A stretch of 44,579 nt of DNA from a virus (lineage: Duplodnaviria > Caudoviricetes), in IMG/VR virus record IMGVR_UViG_3300017649_000200, positions 1-44,579 of that record. One strand, written 5' to 3'. The notes under the pieces are model-generated. The model ran no database searches and was not told the DNA's origin. It saw nothing but the letters and a program-made list of their open reading frames with translations. Below, piece by piece: positions 26,908-35,470 of this stretch; the stretch's first letter is position 1; each line of letters opens with the position of its first letter. The position numbers were made by a program, and so were the translations under genes.

Positions 26908-27255
26908 TTAGCTCTCTAGGGGCCAGCCATCCAGCCCTACAGCCTGGAAGCGCCCTCGCTCCTCTCGCTGCTTGTCCCTATCGTGATGGGGCTTGCACAA
27001 GGCCTGCCAGTTGTTCTCGGTATCCCAGAAGAGGGCAGTGTCGCCCTTATGCGGGATGATGTGGTCAACCACGGTAGCCGCAGTCACTCGCCCTTCCTTC
27101 TGGCACATCACGCACAGGGGATTGCGCATCAGGTAGGTCTTGCGGGCTTTCTCCCATCGGGAGTTGTAGCCTCTCTCTCGGGCTGAGCCTCTGCGCTCGT
27201 CGTATTCCCTGTTACGGGCTCTGCGTAGTTCAGGACGAACGGGCGAACTCACCAT
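26908..27255 (-). CDS. Terminase-associated HNH endonuclease (HK97 gp74-like)
   Basis: RGY..RWEKAR..YL..NPLCVMC, VVDHIIPHKGD, NWQALCKPHHD; start uncertain. Confidence 0.85.
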   Translation of the reverse strand: MVSSPVRPELRRARNREYDERRGSARERGYNSRWEKARKTYLMRNPLCVMCQKEGRVTAATVVDHIIPHKGDTALFWDTENNWQALCKPHHDRDKQREERGRFQAVGLDGWPLES

Positions 27256-27733
27256 GCAACCTTTCGGCGGCTCTCTTGTAAGCCTCATGCGCCTCCTCGG
27301 CAGTGTCGAACATGCCTAGGTGGTGGTACTTACGGTTCACAGTGATCTGAGCTACCCAGCGCTTGTCGCGGTTATTGAACGACGCTCCCTTTAAAGGGGA
27401 CGCGCTGTTAGTCCGGTGCCGTGAGTTGCGGGAATTCTCGGCTATTGAGGCCAGCCGCAAGTTCTCCCACCTGTTATCCTGCGGGTCACCGTTGATGTGA
27501 TCTACAACCCCGACAGGCTCCTCACCTGTCATCATCAGCCAAATGATGCGGTGCGCCTTATAGAGGCGGCCTAGTATTCTGATTTGGCGATGGCCTCCAG
27601 CAATCGGAGTTCCCGCTTCATCGCCGGGGTTAATCGTGCCCTTGCGGCCAGGGCGTTCTTTCCAAGTCAACCGGCCTGTCTCTGGGTCGTAGGACAGGCA
27701 CCTGTTAAGGAGAGCGAGATCCGGATATTCCAT
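27230..27733 (-). CDS. HNH homing endonuclease with AP2-like domain
   Basis: YDPETG, AHRIIW, VDHINGDPQDNRWENLR, HLGMFDTAEEA. Confidence 0.85.
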   Translation of the reverse strand: MEYPDLALLNRCLSYDPETGRLTWKERPGRKGTINPGDEAGTPIAGGHRQIRILGRLYKAHRIIWLMMTGEEPVGVVDHINGDPQDNRWENLRLASIAENSRNSRHRTNSASPLKGASFNNRDKRWVAQITVNRKYHHLGMFDTAEEAHEAYKRAAERLHGEFARSS

Positions 27734-27781
27734 GGACCGATTCTCCCTTTCTGAAGCCGAATTGTCTAGGGGCTTGGGCAT

Positions 27782-28051
27782 TCAGGCTGCGGCGCGGATG
27801 ATATGAAGCACCTGCTTGGAACTCAACTTGCGGGCTTCGTTCGGCGCGATCCCAAGACAGGACATTGCCTGATAAACCTCTGGCCCGTGCTCCCCTACGA
27901 GGTAGGGTTTACCGTTCACATACCCACCGCAATGGCGGATAGGCTGCGGCCAAGGATAGACGGTTGTTGGCCTCGCCGAGGGCACAGCAGCCACAGCAGC
28001 TACACCCACAGGGGCGAGGCCAAGGAAGCGAAGGAAGACACGACGGTTCAT
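27782..28051 (-). CDS. Hypothetical protein with twin-arginine-like N-terminus
   Basis: MNRRVFLRFLGLAP. Confidence 0.5.
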   Translation of the reverse strand: MNRRVFLRFLGLAPVGVAAVAAVPSARPTTVYPWPQPIRHCGGYVNGKPYLVGEHGPEVYQAMSCLGIAPNEARKLSSKQVLHIIRAAA

Positions 28052-28061
28052 GTTCGGTCTT

Positions 28062-28376
28062 TCAGGCCAGGTGAATGTCTCGGGCAATCATGAGGATCTG
28101 CCGCTTCAGCATCTCGGAACGGAGAAGCTCTTCCCTGTTCTGGGAGAGCGTTAGGGTGAGAAAGCGGAGCAGGATGTCCATGGCTAGCCCAAGTAGCGGT
28201 GGACGAGGAAGCCAGCCAAGAAGCAGACGATAAGGTAGAGAACTAATCCGAAGTCCATCACTCTACCTCAGCCAGCCGTTTCGCTCGGCAATGGCCATCT
28301 GCACATAGATGCCGGGAGAAACCTCGACCATCACAGTATCATCAAGGCTGCGGATGTACGTTTTGCGCTTGGACAT
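28062..28376 (-). other. Three tiny tandem ORFs (28263-28376, 28184-28258, 28062-28181)
   Basis: Closely packed ATG-started ORFs of 37, 24 (hydrophobic) and 39 aa filling the gap. Confidence 0.4.
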
Positions 28377-28379
28377 GGT

Positions 28380-28889
28380 CTAAGCGGCGAAAGAAAATTC
28401 GCCATGGTAGCGGCGAGAAGCTTCGATATAGGCTTTCTCGGCATCTTCTAGGCGGCTGAACCGACCGAGATACTTGGGCCTGCCGTTAACGGTGATGTTG
28501 GCCTCATAGACGCCATCCTGTTTCCGCAGCTTCACGCCCTTGACGCCGGTCTTGGACGTAGATCGTACAGGGCGATTAGCCTTGTTCTGCGAGTCCGTGG
28601 CCTGCCGAAGGTTCTCCCATCGGTTGTCGTGCTTCACGCGGTTCTTGTGATCCACCTGAAGAGACGGCCATTCGCCGGTCATGTAGAGCCAAGCAAGCTG
28701 ATGAGCACAGCACATGCGGCCATCAACCTTAATCATGATGTAGAAGTCGCCGTCTCGGTCGTAGCGGCGGCATCCAGCCACATCACCTGCCTTGACCTTC
28801 ATATAGGAGACGCGCCAGCGGAACTCTCCGGTTGCAGGGTCATAAGACAGCAACTCGCGAACCCGCTCAGCAGTGGGGGCTGCTGGCAT
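28380..28889 (-). CDS. HNH homing endonuclease with AP2-like domain
   Basis: YDPATG, AHQLAWLY.TGEWP, VDHKNR...DNRWENLR, YLGRF. Confidence 0.85.
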   Translation of the reverse strand: MPAAPTAERVRELLSYDPATGEFRWRVSYMKVKAGDVAGCRRYDRDGDFYIMIKVDGRMCCAHQLAWLYMTGEWPSLQVDHKNRVKHDNRWENLRQATDSQNKANRPVRSTSKTGVKGVKLRKQDGVYEANITVNGRPKYLGRFSRLEDAEKAYIEASRRYHGEFSFAA

Positions 28890-29021
28890 GAGGCACCTGA
28901 TTTTTAGGGATTGCCGTGGCGTAGTAGGGAACGCCTAACGGACAGCGGGTGTCCGGGCGCTGCCTCAGTCATCCACTGTCCTTGTGTTGATATAACTACC
29001 GTGAAAGGCCTCTGGTTTCAA
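28889..29021 (-). promoter_or_regulatory. Putative late promoter and structured leader
   Basis: TTGAAA-17 nt-TAGTTATAT followed by nested stems; the only sizeable gap between the antiterminator block and the late genes. Confidence 0.5.
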
Positions 29022-29041
29022 GAGTCTGGGAAGGTTATCCC

Positions 29042-29701
29042 CTACGGATGGAGGACGCCCATCCAATCCGGGGGTGGCTCCTTAACTGCTGATCGTTTTC
29101 TAGGCGAAACGCGTAGATAATCCGCCACGACCGACCACTTGAGATAGAGAGAGCCATTTGTTTCAAGCCACTTGTCTTTGCCCTCGTGGGTGTTGGCATA
29201 GAGGCGTAGGTTCTCAGGGTCGCGCAGCCGAAGGTTCTCCTCCAGCAGTTCGCAGATGCGTCCGTTCTCGCTCTCAATGGTGGCCGCGTGAGCCTCGGCG
29301 GTGATCTGCCAATCGGTTGCTCTGCTGGCGAACTCGTCGCGTTCTGCCCTCAGCGCATCGATCTCGCTCCAAGCTTGCTTGAGTTGCGCCTCTGCCTCGT
29401 CAAGCTGTCGCCGGAACAGGTCGCGCTCGGCTTTCAGATGCGCGATGTCTTGTTGCACCCGTTCAACGTAGTCCTCGAATTGCCGCTTGAGGCGCTCGAT
29501 CTTACCGGCAAGCCGCCCATTCTCTGCCTCTGCGATGCTGTAGAAGCGGTTCGCTTCGGCCAGTTGTTCCTTCAGGGCCTCGATCTCGTCAGCAGCGCGG
29601 CTGGCCGTCTCCGCTCCCATCTCAACCGCCTTGATCATGTTCGGGAGGTTCGCCTTAGCGTGTTCCGCGTCAGCCCGAAGTCGTTCAACAATGTCGCTCA
29701 T
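29042..29701 (-). CDS. Coiled-coil hypothetical protein
   Basis: MSDIVERLR...AADEIE.L phage motif; ATGA coupling. Confidence 0.6.
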   Translation of the reverse strand: MSDIVERLRADAEHAKANLPNMIKAVEMGAETASRAADEIEALKEQLAEANRFYSIAEAENGRLAGKIERLKRQFEDYVERVQQDIAHLKAERDLFRRQLDEAEAQLKQAWSEIDALRAERDEFASRATDWQITAEAHAATIESENGRICELLEENLRLRDPENLRLYANTHEGKDKWLETNGSLYLKWSVVADYLRVSPRKRSAVKEPPPDWMGVLHP

Positions 29702-29946
29702 TCGGGCAACTCCCCAACGCCGACCATGACGGGCGGATGGGCCGTGCCGAGCACCGTGAGCATGATCGGCGCACCGGCAACAATAGCCGCAATCTCGTCG
29801 GGGGTCGGCTCCCAAACGGTTTGCATGGCAGGCGTGCCAGGACCATTCACCGTGTCGTGCAAGAGCACGTCTCGGAGGGGGAGGCCGAGATAGCCTTGGC
29901 TCTTGCCGAGCACACGGGTGCATCCCTCAATTCGTCCGATCTGCAT
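29698..29946 (-). CDS. Hypothetical protein
   Basis: Coupled ORF; WEPTPDE..AI..G motif. Confidence 0.65.
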   Translation of the reverse strand: MQIGRIEGCTRVLGKSQGYLGLPLRDVLLHDTVNGPGTPAMQTVWEPTPDEIAAIVAGAPIMLTVLGTAHPPVMVGVGELPE

Positions 29947-30197
29947 CAGGCTCTCCCTGCCGTTTCGATGTCGCCGAGGCGCTTCTCGGCAAGGCGCTCC
30001 TTCACTCTCGCAACCACCGCGTCGAGCACGACTTCATCGCCTCCGATCCGGGCCGTTACGAGCATCACACCCATGATGACGCTTTCCAAGACGACCAGCA
30101 CATCCTTGAAGTCGCCGCCCGCCTCAATAGGAGGCAGGACGATGGATGCCACGATCTCGCCTGCGATCTTGTTGTGTAGTTCTGCCTGATTGCTCAT
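29946..30197 (-). CDS. Hypothetical protein
   Basis: GGAGG RBS; coupled ORF. Confidence 0.55.
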   Translation of the reverse strand: MSNQAELHNKIAGEIVASIVLPPIEAGGDFKDVLVVLESVIMGVMLVTARIGGDEVVLDAVVARVKERLAEKRLGDIETAGRA

Positions 30198-30655
30198 TCT
30201 GCTGTCCTCCTTAGATGGGGCCAATTCCTACCCGATTTGATCATGGCGACTGTCGAAGTAGAGACACCATATTGAGCTGCTATGACTTTCTGCGTTCTCG
30301 TATCTTGCAAGATCGCAACGGCGTCGCTCTCCGATAAACGAGCGCGAGGGTTCATTTCTCCGCTGGTCGGTGGCCTGCGTCCCTTTTGGATCGAGTCTCG
30401 CTGGTTATCAGTATTCGTCCCCAGGAACATATGATCCGGGTTCACACAGGTTCGCGTGTCGCACCGGTGGCAGATCATCAACCCACCGGTGCCCCTCCGT
30501 TTATGGATGAGCCATGAGGCACGGTGGGCGGTCATGAGTTTCCCGTCCAGGGAGAAGGAGCCGTAGCCCTTGCTATTGACTGCGCCTGTCCAAAGCCAGC
30601 AACCGCTGTTCGGCTCAGGCAGCACCTTGTCGAAGAAACGCTCTATGCTCGTCAT
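30194..30655 (-). CDS. HNH endonuclease with C-terminal HTH
   Basis: SGCWLWTG, AHRASW, ICHRCD...CVNPDHMFLGT..DN. Confidence 0.85.
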   Translation of the reverse strand: MTSIERFFDKVLPEPNSGCWLWTGAVNSKGYGSFSLDGKLMTAHRASWLIHKRRGTGGLMICHRCDTRTCVNPDHMFLGTNTDNQRDSIQKGRRPPTSGEMNPRARLSESDAVAILQDTRTQKVIAAQYGVSTSTVAMIKSGRNWPHLRRTAE

Positions 30656-31359
30656 TACTCAGCCGCCTCGAGTCGCTCCAACTCACTCGCCTTCACCTGG
30701 ACCTTGGTCATTCGCCCCATGAACTCGACCAACACATCTACCCTGCCCTTTGACAGCATGGCCGCCACTTGCCCTTGGATGGCCGAGAGCGTTGCCGAGG
30801 CGATCCGCACGGCCTCTCCCGGCTGATACTGCGGCCCCAGGTCAGGCAGGCGGGTGAAGTCGAATTCGCCGGCCTGTTCCCTCTCTAGGATGCGTGCGAG
30901 AGGGTGCGGGCGATCTTCCGGCGCTGGGATGCGGGCAGGCACGCCATAGCCATCACGCACCACGCCCTCAACCCCATCCACCCCACGGAGCTTGTAGAAG
31001 TCCTGATCAGGGCGCAGACCAATGAACAAGTACCTCGGGAACAACGGGTTCTCCCGTTCCTCCTTCTTCCTGGCATGGACGACCCATCTCTTGGTCTGGG
31101 GCAGATAGGTCTGATACCCGGCACGACGGAGGCCGAGCTGCGCCCTCCTCTCGCACTTGGGATTGCAGACGACTACGAACCATTGCATCCCGTCGAAGGT
31201 CTCGGGCGGATCATGGTTCGGCAGCTCTGTGCCGGTGAAGTGATATTCCTTGCCGGGGCTGTCGCTCTTCCCCTCAAGGAAAGCCCGAGCCTCCGGCGAA
31301 AGCAACTCGAGCCAGTTGGGATCGGCAGAGAGGGCGAAGCGGGGGAGGTTCGTGCTCAT
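30655..31359 (-). CDS. NusG/RfaH-family transcription antiterminator
   Basis: WFVV...P..E, PLFPRYLF, GVEGVV (NGN domain), KOW-like PGEAVRI...V.VLVEFMGR; occupies the lambda Q position. Confidence 0.85.
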   Translation of the reverse strand: MSTNLPRFALSADPNWLELLSPEARAFLEGKSDSPGKEYHFTGTELPNHDPPETFDGMQWFVVVCNPKCERRAQLGLRRAGYQTYLPQTKRWVVHARKKEERENPLFPRYLFIGLRPDQDFYKLRGVDGVEGVVRDGYGVPARIPAPEDRPHPLARILEREQAGEFDFTRLPDLGPQYQPGEAVRIASATLSAIQGQVAAMLSKGRVDVLVEFMGRMTKVQVKASELERLEAAE

Positions 31360-31550
31360 GCCTTGGCCCATCCATTCAGGCGTTCAATCCGGTCGAGATA
31401 CTCGCGGAGCTCAGCGATGGGCTCTGGCTTGTCCCGTTTGAACGCGTCTGCCGCGACAAGGTGAGCGAAGCCTGCCATCTCGGCCCATAGTTGCCTCCGC
31501 AGGTGCTCGGCAGCATTGCGCCGCTCTTGCTCTTCGGTCGGGACACTCAT
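31356..31550 (-). CDS. Hypothetical protein
   Basis: ATGA-coupled on both sides. Confidence 0.55.
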   Translation of the reverse strand: MSVPTEEQERRNAAEHLRRQLWAEMAGFAHLVAADAFKRDKPEPIAELREYLDRIERLNGWAKA

Positions 31551-31867
31551 GCTGCTGCCTTCCATTCCATGCGGGCGGTCTCGGTTTGGCGGATTGAGCG
31601 AAGGGCTCGGCGGATGGAGTTCTCGTGGACGCCCATGCGCTCCGCGATCATGGGGGGCTTGAGCCCCGCGTCTCGCAGGCGGGCGGCCTCGGCATAATCG
31701 AACGCCCGACGCTTGCCCGGTCGCCGTCCGCTCGGAACGCCCTTTACGATCTTCTCGAGCGACGTCTGCCCGATGCCGAACTCAATCTGAATGTCGAGCG
31801 GGTTGGTGCCAGCCTGCCAAGCCTTGAGGATAGCGGCCTTCATCTCGTCGGTGATCCGGCGCCTCAT
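31547..31867 (-). CDS. Double-HTH DNA-binding protein
   Basis: Two HTH-like segments (IQIEFGIG, IAERMGVHENSI). Confidence 0.65.
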   Translation of the reverse strand: MRRRITDEMKAAILKAWQAGTNPLDIQIEFGIGQTSLEKIVKGVPSGRRPGKRRAFDYAEAARLRDAGLKPPMIAERMGVHENSIRRALRSIRQTETARMEWKAAA

Positions 31868-32034
31868 GCTGCCATCCTCTTGATCGATTTCGTGACGGCC
31901 GAGCTGGTCACGCCGTAGTGACGAGCGATGTCCGCTTTCTTCAGCCCCTCTTCCAGCATGCGGAGAAGCTCCCGTTGGTCGATGATGACCTTGCCGGTGT
32001 TGGCATAGCGTTTCCTTTCGGGCTGGGCGCTCAT
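31864..32034 (-). CDS. Small HTH protein (56 aa)
   Basis: MSAQPERK...KKADIARHYGVTSSAVTKSI; ATGA-coupled; below the ORF-track cutoff. Confidence 0.6.
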   Translation of the reverse strand: MSAQPERKRYANTGKVIIDQRELLRMLEEGLKKADIARHYGVTSSAVTKSIKRMAA

Positions 32035-32342
32035 GCGGCGGCCCTCATGCGCTCGGAACGGAGTTCACGCATCACCTTGTGAATGTGGCACCGGGTCACG
32101 CCGAACCGCTCTGCAAGTTCGACATCGCGGAAGCCCTGATCCTTCAACTGCGCGACCTTGGCGTAATCGATCGAGCGGCGGCGGCCTCGCGGCGGGGCGT
32201 TCTCCCGCTTCAGATCCTTGACGTGGTACCAGATGGCCTTGGGGCCGACACCGTGCTCGGCAGCCAGATCGTAGAGGCTGGCACCGGCGAGCCAATCGGC
32301 CTTGATCTTCGCCACTGCGCGGGCTTTCAGCTTGTTGCTCAC
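32031..32342 (-). CDS. Double-HTH DNA-binding protein
   Basis: LAAEHGVG, LAERFGVTRCHI. Confidence 0.65.
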   Translation of the reverse strand: MSNKLKARAVAKIKADWLAGASLYDLAAEHGVGPKAIWYHVKDLKRENAPPRGRRRSIDYAKVAQLKDQGFRDVELAERFGVTRCHIHKVMRELRSERMRAAA

Positions 32343-32560
32343 GCGGCCGCTCCCTTCTTCATGCCTGCGAGGATCTTGGCGAGGCCGGGGCCGATCACGA
32401 CGGGCTTGCCTGCTTCTGCCTTCAGACGCTCCAGCGCCTGCCAGGGTGTTTCTTTCGGCTTGGTTGCTTCGCGGGTGTTCATCTCGGGTCTCACAACTTC
32501 CTCCCAGAACCGGACGGCTCGCTCGCGCTCTTGGGGTGTCGCTTCATCGCTGGGCTGCAT
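32339..32560 (-). CDS. Hypothetical protein
   Basis: MQPSDEAT... start with GGAG upstream. Confidence 0.5.
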   Translation of the reverse strand: MQPSDEATPQERERAVRFWEEVVRPEMNTREATKPKETPWQALERLKAEAGKPVVIGPGLAKILAGMKKGAAA

Positions 32561-33326
32561 TTTCCGACTCCTGGAGTTCGCGCAGGCCCGCGAGGATCCC
32601 CTTGCCGGGGCTCTTGAGGATCTGCTCCTTGCGGGTTTGCTCTTCGGGCGTCTCCGGCCGGCGCTTGGGCTTGCCGGGGCCGCGATCCTCGGGGCTCGCC
32701 GTGGTGGCGATGTTGTGCACGAGTTCATCGAGACGGGCCCGGCGCTCGGCCATCTCTTCCTCGCTCAAGGGCTGGTAGCCCTCCGCGTCGAGGATCAATT
32801 GCAGCCCGACCTTCTGCCCGACCGCGGCGAGAGTGAGGTTCTTGGCGCATTCGTGCAGGACGCGCTCGGGCGGCGGGAAGGACGCGTCATGCTCGCGGCC
32901 GATCTCGCCCTTGAGCCAGCGGGCGTAGGCCTCACGGACGGCCCAGGCCGGGAAGTCCCGCAGGACGATCCGGTAGCCCTCCATGCGAGCCCGCATCATG
33001 TCGTCGTCCTGGCGGGCGGTGGCATAGCGGACGATGATCGCGCCGATGGTCGCGTCGATTTCCTTCGCCGGGCCCGGCTGCGTCATCAGGTCGAGTTCTG
33101 CGACCCTACGCTCGATAAACGCCCGCTGCGTCTGGCTCGGCATCGAGGAAGCCGGAAGCGTGACGACCTTTCGGCCATGCGTCCCGATCCGGTACGCGTC
33201 GTTCTTCCGAAGGTCCATGCACTTCTGGTTCATCGTCATAGCCCATGAGGGCAGCGACTCGAGCCGCGGTGCCTTCAGGTCGAGCGGCGGAATGGGTTCG
33301 ACCGTTGCGAGCTGATTGCTGGCCAT
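32544..33326 (-). CDS. Replication-associated protein (helicase-loader position)
   Basis: Follows the initiator; Y..VL.DFPAWAV..A...W...FPP motif. Confidence 0.55.
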   Translation of the reverse strand: MASNQLATVEPIPPLDLKAPRLESLPSWAMTMNQKCMDLRKNDAYRIGTHGRKVVTLPASSMPSQTQRAFIERRVAELDLMTQPGPAKEIDATIGAIIVRYATARQDDDMMRARMEGYRIVLRDFPAWAVREAYARWLKGEIGREHDASFPPPERVLHECAKNLTLAAVGQKVGLQLILDAEGYQPLSEEEMAERRARLDELVHNIATTASPEDRGPGKPKRRPETPEEQTRKEQILKSPGKGILAGLRELQESENAAQR

Positions 33327-33981
33327 TGGTGTTTTCCTCTTCGTTGCGCTTCTTCCAGCGCAGGACCCACGTTCTCCAGGCGCCGTGCCAGTCGACCATG
33401 AGCGAGCCGTTTTTCAGGTGGTAGGCGATGAAGGCTTCCCACTCGTGCCAAGCCGACTTCCCGGTGAGGCCGCGCTCGGCAGCGAACTCCCGGTCCCGAT
33501 CTTCGGGCTTGCGGTCAGGATCGATCGGGGTCTCGTTAGCGATGACCCGAGGCTTGCGACGAGCAGGTTTGGTTTTCGTCGGGAGGGGGCCAGCGCCGTC
33601 AGGCGCGCCTCCCTCTCTCGGAGCGTTAGCGGAGAGAGAGGTTTTAGGGGTTGAGTTATTATATCTTGGGGACCTTTGGACGAGCGGCAGATTTCCGTCA
33701 TTTCCGTCGAACTTTCCGTCGTTTCCGTCGGTATCCTGAACTTCGCTATTTCCGTCGTTTCCGTCGCTTTTTCCGTCGCCCACTGAAGAAAAGGACTGTC
33801 GTGCTTTAACCTTCGCGATCTTTTCCTCGCGGTGGTTCTCGTAGTAGCGACGGTCCCGAAGCTGACGCTTGGTAAGAGCCGGCTGCGAAGCCGCTTCGAT
33901 CCGTTCAAGAGCGGCAATAAGAGCATCGCCTTCCAGGCCGGCGACCATAAGTTCGCGGACGATTGCGGATGTGATGCTCAT
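33106..33981 (-). CDS. Replication initiator protein (lambda O / DnaT-like)
   Basis: Internal iteron cluster; C-terminal EWEAF..Y......DW.GAWRTW. Confidence 0.7.
   Translation of the reverse strand: MSITSAIVRELMVAGLEGDALIAALERIEAASQPALTKRQLRDRRYYENHREEKIAKVKARQSFSSVGDGKSDGNDGNSEVQDTDGNDGKFDGNDGNLPLVQRSPRYNNSTPKTSLSANAPREGGAPDGAGPLPTKTKPARRKPRVIANETPIDPDRKPEDRDREFAAERGLTGKSAWHEWEAFIAYHLKNGSLMVDWHGAWRTWVLRWKKRNEEENTNGQQSARNGRTHSAARPEGTAARVAALMGYDDEPEVHGPSEERRVPDRDAWPKGRHASGFLDAEPDAAGVYRA
33641..33777. repeat. Iteron cluster, putative replication origin
   Basis: TTTCCGTC at 33692, 33701, 33713, 33722, 33749, 33758 and 33770, next to the AT-rich GAGTTATTATATCTT. Confidence 0.8.
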
Positions 33982-34175
33982 TGCTCGCCCCGCTTTCCGA
34001 GAGCAGCCTGATACCGCTCTGCATGTGGGGCCTTGCGAGCCTGGACAGGCTTCCGCCTTCCGACGCACGACCAGCCCGACCGAGCGCCACAGCGAGGGCA
34101 AGCGACCTTCAAAGCGTGCTCGCGTCCGATGCCGGCTTCTCTGACCGTTGGATAAATGGTTGACCAAGTGCTCAT
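33978..34175 (-). CDS. Small zinc-finger protein
   Basis: CPRCGA..G..C...H..R. Confidence 0.6.
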   Translation of the reverse strand: MSTWSTIYPTVREAGIGREHALKVACPRCGARSGWSCVGRRKPVQARKAPHAERYQAALGKRGEQ

Positions 34176-34435
34176 GCTGCACCTCGCTTGCTGGCGATGA
34201 AGGCGCGGATCTCTTCCTCGTTGGCCTTGAGCCAGCGGAGGGTTTCAACAGCGGCCTCAAGCGCGGGCTGCGACTTCAGGGTGTTCATGCGATCAAGCTC
34301 GATCGTCTGGCGCTCGCTGTCCTTCAGGCGCGGGCTCTGGAGGCGGCGCTCGGACGCCTCGAGGAAACCACGGCGCGAAAGCATGTCGCTGGCCACGGCG
34401 CTGATTTGAGCGTCGAGGGTGGGCTTATCGCTCAT
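34172..34435 (-). CDS. Hypothetical protein
   Basis: Coupled ORF; TL..QI..V...TLRWL. Confidence 0.6.
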   Translation of the reverse strand: MSDKPTLDAQISAVASDMLSRRGFLEASERRLQSPRLKDSERQTIELDRMNTLKSQPALEAAVETLRWLKANEEEIRAFIASKRGAA

Positions 34436-34872
34436 CAGCGAACCTCGCTAAACTTGATGCGAAGGCACCCCCAGCCGTTCAGGGTCTCGACTGCATCCTT
34501 GAAGGTATCGACCGTGGCGACGTTCCAGCCGTGCGCCTTGGCGTGGGCGTGGAACTCGCTCTGATCGTCGTTCAGACTGCCGCCCTCGCGCTTCAGCTCC
34601 AGGCCGTAGAACACGCCGTCGGGCGACACGAGGATGAAGTCGGGCCAGCCCGGCTTGAGCCCCATGCGACGGAGCTTCTCGCCTGTCTTGGCATCGCGCT
34701 TCTCACCCGCCGGGAAGTGGCTCCACTGCCAATCCTTGCGCGCGAAGTCCTTCAGGCACTTGGCGACCGAGAAGTGCAGTCGGATCTCCTTGGGAGACGG
34801 CAGCTTCTCGCGCGTGATCACCTGGCCGGTGAACAGCGGAAGGCGCGGACGAGGCTTCCTGGCGGCGCGCAT
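34435..34872 (-). CDS. VRR-NUC domain nuclease / resolvase
   Basis: MGLKPGWPD, LELK...G.L...Q..F. Confidence 0.8.
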   Translation of the reverse strand: MRAARKPRPRLPLFTGQVITREKLPSPKEIRLHFSVAKCLKDFARKDWQWSHFPAGEKRDAKTGEKLRRMGLKPGWPDFILVSPDGVFYGLELKREGGSLNDDQSEFHAHAKAHGWNVATVDTFKDAVETLNGWGCLRIKFSEVR

Positions 34873-34874
34873 GG

Positions 34875-35168
34875 TCAGATCATCCCGAGGGCTTGCATGT
34901 AGGTTTCGAGGATCGCGTCCTCTTCCTGGCGCTCAGCGTGGTCCTTCTTGCGCAGGGAGATGATCTTGCGGATGGCCTTGGTGTCGAACCCGTTGCCCTT
35001 GGCCTCGGAATAGACATCCTTGATGTCTCCCGAGATGCCGGCCTTTTCCTCTTCGAGGCGCTCGATCCGCTCAATGAAAGAGCGGAGTTGATCGGCGGCA
35101 ACGTCTTCGGAGCGGAAGAGATTGACGGCGCCCTCGGCCGCCTCGTGAATGGCTTGATCGTTGAACAT
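34875..35168 (-). CDS. GapR/DUF2312 nucleoid-associated protein homolog
   Basis: [16 protein letters not shown]...[28 protein letters not shown]. Confidence 0.92.
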   Translation of the reverse strand: MFNDQAIHEAAEGAVNLFRSEDVAADQLRSFIERIERLEEEKAGISGDIKDVYSEAKGNGFDTKAIRKIISLRKKDHAERQEEDAILETYMQALGMI

Positions 35169-35470
35169 TAGGCGGAAGCCTTTCCAGTCTTGAGGGTGCG
35201 GTGGACGTTGGAGACGGCGCAGCCTAGGCGAGCGGCGATCGCGCGATAGGTGAGCCCCTGATCCTTCAGAGCCTTGCAGACGTTGAAGGCGATCTTCTTC
35301 CGAGGCCCGCGCTTGAGGGGTCCAAAAGGAAGCCGGATCCCCTGCGTGTGGCGGTGGATCGATCCCCTGCCCTTCACCTTGGTCAGAGCCGACACTTCGC
35401 TGATGCTGTGGCCTTTGGCGCGAAGGGCTTTGATGTTCGCGATTGTCTCGTCAGAGAGGGGGCGGGCCAT
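35168..35470 (-). CDS. Double-HTH DNA-binding protein
   Basis: [11 protein letters not shown]; [18 protein letters not shown]. Confidence 0.65.
   Translation of the reverse strand: MARPLSDETIANIKALRAKGHSISEVSALTKVKGRGSIHRHTQGIRLPFGPLKRGPRKKIAFNVCKALKDQGLTYRAIAARLGCAVSNVHRTLKTGKASA

Noticed and set aside
29947-29970. Partial self-match to the gapped NN pattern (ATC GAA ACG GCA GGG AGA on the minus strand)
   Set aside because: Only about 5 of 10 dinucleotides match, which is compatible with chance
32079-33248. Long plus-strand ORFs such as 32079-33248, 9093-10073 and 14110-14964
   Set aside because: Antisense shadows of real genes in high-GC DNA; no motifs or RBS
33982-34260. Upstream extension of the 384-aa replication ORF
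   Set aside because: Overlaps two coupled genes; the true start is ATG 33981
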